Shown in pieces: positions 54,872 to 64,000 of a DNA stretch of 64,000 nt; the stretch's first letter is position 1, and each line of letters starts with the position of its first letter. A program made the translations under genes and the position numbers. The notes under the pieces were generated by a model, which was given only the letters and a program-made list of their open reading frames with translations, did not search any database and had not been told where the DNA came from. The stretch comes from Daphnia carinata (Eukaryota), in the NCBI RefSeq assembly GCF_022539665.2, contig NC_081331.1:5642001-5706000 (forward strand), read 5' to 3'.

Positions 54872-57800
54872 TTAGTCCGGTGGTATATTAGAAGAAGTTG
54901 CGTCGTCATTATGTGACGTGTTTTCTTTGTTGATACCCATTCTTTTCAAAAACGATTTGGCCCAGTTAGTTGTTAATTTAACAGGGCCACCAAATTCTGG
55001 TAAAAGAGATGGCTCTTTTTGGAGGAGAACCTTAGTATAAAAAGACATATTGATCAGAAGCAGAATCACAAGCAACGGTAATCTGTGAAAGTACCTGGCG
55101 GGCAGTAGCCATAGCGACAAACGCGTTGACACGTTCTCCGGAGCGTTTGAGTTCCCGAATGCATTCCTGAACGGCTTCGTCGTGCGGTCCTAGACGGAGT
55201 GGTCTTCCGCGGGGAAGTACGTTCAGGTTGGTGATTTGTTCTTCGGAAGTCCTCTGCTGTGCAACGTATTTGTCTCGCAATCCTCGGACTGTGCTCTCAG
55301 GAATTTCGTGGCCTACTCTTTCCTTAAAAAGTGAAAACAATCAACTTACGAAGTGCGTACTCAGAAGAAATTCTTTTACGTACTTTGAAATAATCTGCTG
55401 CTTCTTGACATCCATACTCGGCTGCAAAGCGTCCAATTTCTAAACGAAATTGTGGAGGGTACGTCGCATAGCTACCTCGACCATTTTTTTTTGACGTTTT
55501 AGTTTTCTGAGCTGGCATCTCATGTCGAACGGATGTTTGAACAGCGGGATTTAATTCAAGCGGTGGAGGAGGAGGAGGAACAATCGCTGGGGAAGGAGTT
55601 CTAGGAACAGGAAGGCAAGTGGACGTGGGAGGATTTTCCGAAGGATGGTGAACTATGGACGCTGAAACGTCAGAACACTCTTCATTCCAGTTCCTTGAAT
55701 ACGCTGGTAGCTGGACAGAGCTAAAAGATGGCTGATATTGGGGAGGTGGTGGCAAAGAACTGTAGGACGGATAAGGGGGGACTGGCTGGGACATCACATG
55801 GTACATGTTCTGGTGTTGGTTATGGTAGTTGTTTGCTGACTGATGACCGACATACATGTGTGTGTTGGTGTAGTGCCCATAAGGTTGGTGATAGTAACCA
55901 GCGTCCGGATGTTGCTGAAGAACTGGTAAAGAGGAAGGAGGGGCGACCGATGAAGGTGGTGAAGGGGGAGGAGGTGGAGGATGCATAGATGATGCTGACG
56001 AAAGCTTACGACGAAGCTCTGATGCTGGGGTCCCAAATATTTTTTTGAATTTCCGCACCGTGCTTTCTTTTACAGAGAATTGCAATTTGTCACTGAAATG
56101 CTGCACAGCTGCTGGTACTCCATGTACAGCCGCATATTTTCCAATTTCTTCTCGGACTGAGGCGCAAAATAGATGGCGTGCGAGTGATATCGATTTCCGT
56201 GATCCACTGAAAATGTACACCCCAATGAAAACAAGTTTTAACAGAAAAACTAAGTAGTTACCTATGATCAAGTTGATTGGCTGGAGTCATACGGAGATAC
56301 ATACGACGAAACTTTCTTATTAAGGAGATGCTGATCGTTTTTTCCAACTTAGTTGAATAAAGCTTTTGGGTAGCGTCAAGCCCACATTCTGCAGCATGGC
56401 GTCCAATTTCTGCCTTAAGTTGAGAACTGAATGCATGGTGGGCCTGAACGAAATTCCTAACACTGCTGTAGCTCACCGGGAAACCTGATTATTGTTAAAT
56501 GTGCAGCAAAGCGTAATGATTTTACACGAAGGATGCCCAACATACTACCTAGAGAGGTACTGAAAGTGCGTGCGGCATTGTGAGTACCATGACGCATGGC
56601 ATGTATTGCGATTGCTTCCTTCATTTCAGGAGTGTAGCGGTGATATTCACCCCGCTTATGACCTTCATTTCTTGATTTGCGCACATCCTTTGTTTGGGCG
56701 ATTAAAGCTCTAACGGCGGCTACGGCAGTCGAAGTAGACGTTCTGTTGTCCAAAGATGGGTTTGCGGATGTATCATCTGTTTCATGGAGCGTGCTCCCAG
56801 CGCCCAACATCCGATGTTTTAAGTTAGACCTCCGCGTCAATCGGTTTTCACTAGATGATGTTTCGTCACATGGGGGACAATCGAACAATTTCGATTTTTT
56901 CCGTGTTTTTGGGAATAGATTTCCGGCATCGCTTGTTTTCGTAAAACAGCGTTTGGATATGGTGTCCAACGCCGAAGTGTTTTTGACAATCTCGTTCCTT
57001 AACTGGAAATTGAACAAATAGTTGCAATCATTTCCTCCTAACATTATGAAGTCTACAACATTACCTTCCATAACCAACCGAGTATCGTTGGTCGTTTGTG
57101 CCAATCATTAGGATGTTCCGCTAGATACGTGTCTATTCTTGTTTTAATATTGGCATCAAACTCAGCAGATTCCTTCTCCGAGAATTTTAAGTGGGTTTCC
57201 GCATTTAGAACAGTAGCTGTTTCTGTCGCAGAAATCAGCTTGGTGAACCTTAGTGATAATTAATCAGTCAATCAACTATCCTTTACTTTTACTGATAATC
57301 ATAGTATCTTACTCTCCTTTGAGTTCCATGAATTCAAATGAATTCAATCCATACACTGTGCATATAGCTACACCATAGCTGCACAAATTTTCAAACAAGA
57401 ATTCAGCCATGTCATAAGAACTAGGTTTGATTGCTGCTACTGAAATCCAAAAGGATACTGGATCATAAAGTATCAACAGCAAGAACTTCTCTTGAGAAGA
57501 TTGATTTGGTTTGATTTGATGAAATTCAATTTCAGTCCAAGGAGACGTAACTTTGTTTGGTTTCACAAGGTGAAGAGTTGTTGTGGAATTTGACTTACAC
57601 ACCATACAATTTTGGACATATTCGGTTATGCTTTTATAAGAGTATCTCCAAAAATGTGTTTGCTGTAACATCCTGTGCATTTTTTTAACTCCATTGTGAA
57701 AGCCTAAGATTATAAGCATGTTAAGCACTCCTTTATGTATCCTATTCACACTTACCTTTAGTTCCATCAACATGAATCTGTTCTAAAATTGAAGCTTTAG

Positions 57801-58080
57801 CATTCTTATCGAGTACAACTTTTCGAGGTTTGCGCCTACCATAGTACAATTCTCCATTTTTCAGCTTCAAAGAATTAGCATAAGAATTATGAAATAACAA
57901 CTGTATATGAGATGCAAAAAAAACACAATAGCATACGAAATAATTTGCGGCTTGTGTTCTGATCCATTGGGCTTTTGTGCTGGTATTGATGTTCACCCCA
58001 GTTGGATCTTCAAGATAACGAAGAATTTCTACATAATACTTTTCGTTGTCTAATTCGTGGTCATCATTAAAACACGCCAT
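54872..58080 (-). CDS. Chimeric protein: degenerate Gypsy/Ginger-like integrase plus four transposase-type HTH repeats (~904 aa)
   Basis: Exons 57937-58080, 57756-57864, 57313-57703, 57065-57248, 56549-57002, 56262-56484, 55384-56206, 55095-55322, 54872-55030 total 2715 nt in frame. H2C2 motif IHVDGTKGFHNG...FW...YVQNCMVC; repeats of the type YPPQFRLEIGRFAAEYG.....F.......ESTVR. Confidence 0.8.
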
Positions 58081-58790
58081 TGTTTGTACGTAATATCATT
58101 TTAAACACAACGCTCAGTAACGCAAATGTTCCAAACAGACAGACGAATTTCCCGACAGGGACTCTCTTTCCTGTCAACAGTTTTATCGTTCACCAGACAT
58201 AGGGATCCGGTTCTCATTTACTGTAATCGGGGTTCCCACCTCACGGTTTTCGAAAAAAAAGCTACTCGGGTACGATTAAGTAACTTTTTTGTCAAAGTGG
58301 GGCAGGAAGTAGGATAGCCCTAAAGGTTGACCATCGTGCCATGTACCCCTGAATTCATTTTAGAAGATCAAAATCAAGTTTGTTGATACATTAATAAAGT
58401 TCTACCCAGTTGAGATTTCATCCCCGATTACCTGTAATCTACCGCACCGGTCTGCCTGAAAAAGTATTAATCGTTTACAACCCGGGTAGATTTGTTTCAA
58501 GCGATTCAGTTCGGTGTAAGTGGTCAAAGGAAGTAGTCACCTTTAAAAATGGCGGCTTAAGTGGCGCCAAATTATTTAAAAAAAAAAAAAAATTAGCGTG
58601 ATTTGCCTACCAACGAAATTGAGCCCTGATAAGTCAAGCGGCGTCAAGTTATTGGATTGACCAAACAGGACCCTTTTGCCCGTAACGGGTCCGCATATAC
58701 TTCACTTGTTTCTTGGCTGGAAGTCAAATGGGCACCTTTACATTGTACCCTCGTATTTTAGATGCAAAAAGCATTTACCTACAATGCTAG

Positions 58791-58822
58791 AAGTTTAAGT
58801 TTAAGTTTAAGTTTAAGTTTAA
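58791..58822 (+). repeat. (AAGTTT)5 hexanucleotide repeat
   Basis: Five exact copies downstream of the JARID2 stop codon. Confidence 0.85.
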
Positions 58823-59088
58823 CTATAATTAATATTTTCTGTTTTCTGAAAATTAGGGAAAAGACAAATGTCGAAGGAGCCGACGATACATTCGTTGCTC
58901 TTCGATTTCCACGGTTGTTTTTTTATTAAAAACCTAGTTACACATGTCAAGGAAATTATTACAAACGAGTTTCTGTTTTCAAATTCCTGAGGTTAAATAC
59001 TTACACACTTGGCAACTGTAATTTGTAAACCAATTGCTTGAAAGTTTGATTAATGAATCCATAAAATCTATTCTGGAGCTTGTTTTCA

Positions 59089-62000
59089 TTACAAAGTCGA
59101 GCTTCGGTGATGCACCGGCGCCCTTCGCAAGGCTTTACTTTTTACGTGATCTTGCAGACTTTGCACTGTTTTACGAAGCTCTGCTTCATCGTGAACGTAA
59201 AACACCCTAATATGTTGTGTGACTCGAGGGTGGTCTTTGATTTTCTTAAGAGCATGCATTAGACACCAAGTTACAGGTGAATCTGCTTTGGAATGGCATT
59301 CAGCTCGCGAAAAGAAGAGACTAGCTTGGCATATTTCACACTCCATTTCACCGTCATCAGTGACAGAAGTCTGCCGTCGCTTTTTCCCATCTTTTGAGCT
59401 CGACTCAGTCGTAACTGGCAACTTCCGCCACTGCTGAACACCAAAGTCTCTTAGACTGGATCGCAGTTGAATTTCCTCGTCAATGTCCGGTTTCAATATG
59501 GGTAGGACACGTTTCAAGACGTTGACAGTTGAGCGAGTGTCATGAGCGATACTCCAAAGTAACTGCTGCAAAGAGAAAACAGTGGGTTCGTTGTTGATTC
59601 TAAGTTCTTTGAAACAAGCGTCCCCAATAGAAAGCCAATCCATAGGAGCGAAGCAGACGCTTTCCGAAACGCTATAACCTGTGAGTAAACAAACAAATTT
59701 GTTTTTAAATCCCATATTTTGACTTAGATTTTCTGTATGCTCTAAACCATACCTGTAGACAGCGAAGAAGTAAACGCGCGTGGCCATACGACAACAAACT
59801 GGCCAGACTTTTGTATGGTGCGACTCAGGCTGACTTTCTGATCGGCTAACATCGTAGGAGGAACCATGACAGTATCTGAAGACAACCAGACGGATTTGTC
59901 ACCCTTTACGAGATCCGGAACAAGCTTATTCATGGCTTGATGTAAAACAGATTCCTGTAGTGAAGGCACTCCGTACCTGAGATAGCCCAAAATAGTGTTT
60001 AGAATATACTTAACTTTATGATTAAACTGGTAGATTGCTAAGTTACCATATTTTATCTGCCCCAGTGTGCAAATAATCAATCCATGGAAGGCCATGAGGG
60101 TCACGGTACCAACACGAGGCACTGAAAAGCATACTGACGTGTAGCGTGGGAACAGTGCAACCCGGAACGGGACCAAGACTGCGTAAAACCGATCCATTAT
60201 TGTTGGTTAACACTACATGATAAACAATTTAAAAAAAAAAGAGAATGAGAAAAAAGGGATAATCACATAGCTCTGGCTCAATCTTTTTACAAAAATACCT
60301 TTTAAGTTCCATGGATGTCTAGATGTCTTGTTGCAAGGAAATCCATAACCAGACTGGCCTGAATCGATGTTACCAGAATGGACACACACATGTGCAGCAC
60401 GTCTTGTGACTAGCTTCCAATAAGCGGCTTCCACCTGCAATAATAATCTCTTTGCTTTGGGAATGCTTAGAAGTTATGTTTTTTTTACCTGCGCTGGTTC
60501 TAAATCAGATGCATCAGTGGCTGATGAATTAGCATTGGGAAACCAAATCGATAAAGTATTGCGCGCAATACGATAAAACGTACTCAGTGACATACTGCTG
60601 CCCTTAACGACGCATTCGTTTTCATCTTCGTCATCAGTTAAATGTCGGTTCTTCTGGGATTCAATCTTGTGCATTAGTTTTTTGCGCTCTTCGTCCGATA
60701 GAGTCGCATAAGGGAGCAGGTACTTGCAATAGATAGAGTCCAATTTTGAAAAACGATCGTGGGCACCTTGAGGAATCTGGGGTTGGACATTGAAGAAAAA
60801 AGATTTTATTAAATGTTTCAAAAGACAATCGGATTGAGATGTGGATTACTTTCAATGTCTCTGCAACTTTAGACCACAAATCGTTCTCGAGGACGTGTCC
60901 TGGACCTCCTAAATCTTGGACAGCTTCATAGAGGCCAGGGAGATCTACTTCGATGCCACCAATGCAAGGGGGCGGTTGGTAATCTATGTTGAGTTCTCTA
61001 AGATGACGGTGAATGGCTTCTAAAATACACGAGTTTGTGCCTCTCCGGCGAAACATTCGATGAACATATTGGTTGTTGGCAGTGAAACGCATTCCATCTG
61101 CTACTTGGCACTCGGGTTTGAATGAAGCTGGAGGAACTATGCGGCAGATGCCAAAGCGTTCACATTCATTTTGAATTTTCTCTAAATATTCGATGGGGTC
61201 ATTAAACTCTTTTTCGTCCGGATGGAAAACGGGTGCATCGATCAACGAACTCAGGTCATAATTTAATGGGGGAGTTTCCACCGTCCTCTTGATATTGGTA
61301 GGTCGCTTGCGGGTGTTGGCCTCCGATTTTACTATGTTGGTGGATTTAGTATTTTTGGTTTCCAATCGCGCTGGCTTTTTTGTATTTGTTTCTTGCGCTT
61401 GGCTCAATGATTTCTTCCTCGTCATAATTGCTCGTGCACCGCGAGTGTCATCTTTCTTTGTTTTGCTAGACGAAGTTTTGGTACAACGAGTAGGATCAAA
61501 TGATCGCGTTCTTATACTGCGAACAGGTGCATCGTCTTCGCTTGACGAAGAAGATAAAGAGCGCAAAGAAGAAGAGAGTGAGGATGATGAATCGTCCTTT
61601 TCAGAATCTGAACTGTCGCTGGAGCTCTGCGATTCTGTGAAACGTTTGGCTGCTTCTTGCAAGATAGTTGATCGACGTTTTGCACGACTGCTTGACAATT
61701 CAGCACTGTTTCTTTTTCCTCGAACAACAGGAGATGGCGACGGGTGCGGTTTCGAATTGCGTTCAACAGGAATCCGACTTTTCTTCTTAGGGGGTGATTT
61801 CTGTTCGTCTTCCAAACATTGAAGTATATTGTGATCGTCTAATTCGGATGAATAAAATTCTTCTTCCTGACCGATAAGCGTCATAAAGAATGTGGCAGCT
61901 TCTTTAGTTCGTCGTGATGGACGTCGCGTTGGGGAAGCAACGACTGGGGGGCTTTTGAGTCTTTTAGATGATTCTCGAGTCTGTTTTGCTGCTACAGTCG

Positions 62001-63284
62001 ATTTAACTGTGTCAGAATCCGATACCAAGTTTTTGTTTTTTTCCCTCAACATCGTTGTTTTCGAATTTTCTTTGATAGATGAGACTTTTGACTTCTCGTT
62101 AACAGAAGAGCGTTTCGATTCCGAATCCAATGGCTTTCGTTGTAAGTGAACAGATTCGGCTTTAGCAGGGTCTTTGGAAGCTTTTTTTGGCGGATGATTA
62201 GATGCTACCACAGTTTTTAAAGACTGACGAGTATTTTTGCTCACGGGGACGCTGGGATTCTCCGCCTTGTTACGGATTCGAGTTTTCATTGTCACAGGTT
62301 CTAAGTTTGAAGTTATTTTCTTGGCGGATAAGGTACGATTGTTTTGCGACAGTTTTCTTTTTTTCACAGTAGCAGAAGATGGAGTTGGCCCATCTGAGCT
62401 TTCTGCATCCGAATCTGAATCGCCGTTAGATGACGCTGAACTCGAACTGGACTGAAATTTTGCATTTCGTAACTGCGAACGGGTGGATACTCTCTTCGGC
62501 AAGGGACTTGCTTTACGAACCTTTTTATTTTTATGAGTTAGGTTTCTCGAGGTTTTGGAAGCCGAAAGATCTGTGCAAGATTTCATAAGACCCATACGAG
62601 TCATTATTCCGGAATTGACGATAGTTTTGCGAAAGCTGGAATGAATCCGGCCAACTGAGATTTTTGTTTGATTAACATTAGGTATTTTCTTTACTTGTGA
62701 TGTTTGTTTAAGTGGCTTTGATTTGGAAGCCATTGGCAGTTTGGCTTCTGCCTGTTTCAGATCAACTTTGCTGCAAATTTCTTGCTTGGTAATTGTGCTT
62801 CCAGATGGAATGACAGGCTCTGAAGAGGGAACTCCATTAGGGAAATTGTGATGTACAGGATCCCCAAAATAGTTTAAGGAACTTGGAAGAAAATTTGGGC
62901 AACTTCGAAAACACAAAAATTCTAAAAAATCTTCAGTCTTCGGGCAAACGTCCGGAACAACATAATTTGCTGGGTCATTATATGTAGAACCAGGTGCAGT
63001 TGATTGATTTGTTTGGTATGTTGATCCACTTTCCTTTTCTCTGTCTTTTAAAAGGGTAAAACTTGGACTTCCTTGAGCAAATTTTCGTTGTGCATGCACT
63101 TTAGTTCTGAAAAGAAAAAAAAAGAATTTTTGCAATTGAAAACTATGCCTTCAATGGGACAACTTACGTAAAGGTAAACAATATATAGCAAAATCAAAAA
63201 GTACTTTCTCTCTTCTGTCATCCCACCAGACTCTCTCAGCTCTGCCACTTTTGTTTTCTTTTTCAGCAACATAATGGCACACAT
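59089..63284 (-). CDS. JARID2: Jumonji/ARID protein JARID2
   Basis: N-terminal [11 protein letters not shown]; JmjN ([18 protein letters not shown]...FGICRIVPP); ARID ([14 protein letters not shown]...WSKVA...YCKYLLPY); JmjC with WYRDPHG lacking the first Fe-binding His; C5HC2-like CEIC...CLMH. Start uncertain (63284 or 63272, or an upstream exon). Confidence 0.92.
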
Positions 63285-64000
63285 AAAATTAATTTACATA
63301 AAGGAAAAGATCAAACATCTTCAGCTAAAAACAACTTCGTGCCAACACTCGAATATACCACCACTAGATATAATGGAAAACTAAAGGAAGTTTTTATGTC
63401 AGTGAGTTTACGCGCGACTTGGCTGTTCCATACGGCGCAACGCATAAACAAAGTAGTTCTGCCGACGTTGCCGCTTTGCTTGTGCCCGTCAATCAACCCA
63501 ATCTACAAACTAATTTGGGGATCTGCCCCGCGTAAATCGGGTAGTTTTTTGGTCGATTGGTTTGGTTGTTTTGGGTTTCGGTGAGATTCTGCAGGTTTCG
63601 GTGCATCTTTTTCCTACCCATAAGCATTCAAATTGCTTATGGAGAGGACGAGTCGAAAAGAAAAATCGAGAAAAAGAAAAATTCGATTACGAATCCTGGC
63701 TACTGGATAGCAGTATCACAATGTTTTTTTCCCCCTGATCTTGCACGATTTAGTTAAGGGCGTTGTTTGGAAAATGACTGGGCTTCGAGTGAGTTTCGTT
63801 ACGTTTCGGAAGTCCACACGTTCCTCGTGCCATTGCGAAAAGGAAAAAAAAATGGTTTGCTAGACAAGAAATAACATAACGGTGAAATCAACATCGTCAA
63901 ATCTTGGAACTAACACATTCCATCCTTCATGCCATGAAAGACGTCTATTTCAGGTCGTTGGATCTATCGCCGGCCACTGAAGATTAACAGTTACCAGAGC

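Noticed and set aside
60060..60130. Loss of JmjC iron ligand as a novelty
   Set aside because: Catalytic inactivity is an established JARID2 property.

Overview
Eukaryotic, AT-rich genomic DNA with compact genes and many ~50-80 bp GT-AG introns; this resembles a cladoceran crustacean such as Daphnia (inference only). Ten intact-looking spliced genes can be assembled: DNAJC12, VDAC, clathrin heavy chain, a two-pore K+ channel with a secreted Cu/Zn SOD nested antisense in one intron, a Patched-related sterol-sensing protein, NASP, CHCHD1, an unusual integrase-plus-HTH chimeric gene and JARID2. A cathepsin B pseudogene fragment lies at the left edge. The most striking structure is a ~4.6-4.7 kb palindromic (foldback) element present twice (1141-5738, 48931-53647). 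Each copy has GGCAATCC...GGATTGCC ends flanked by AT and ~2 kb inverted arms; each arm carries a decayed spliced gene and a conserved ~390 bp GC-rich multi-hairpin block, and the ~507 bp central loop holds three tRNA-like units. Both copies sit in clusters of related AT-flanked MITEs and show arm-to-arm homogenisation. The second highlight is a 9-exon, ~904 aa ORF fusing an apparently inactive Gypsy/Ginger-type integrase to four transposase-type HTH repeats. All family assignments come from motif recognition by eye; no searches were run.
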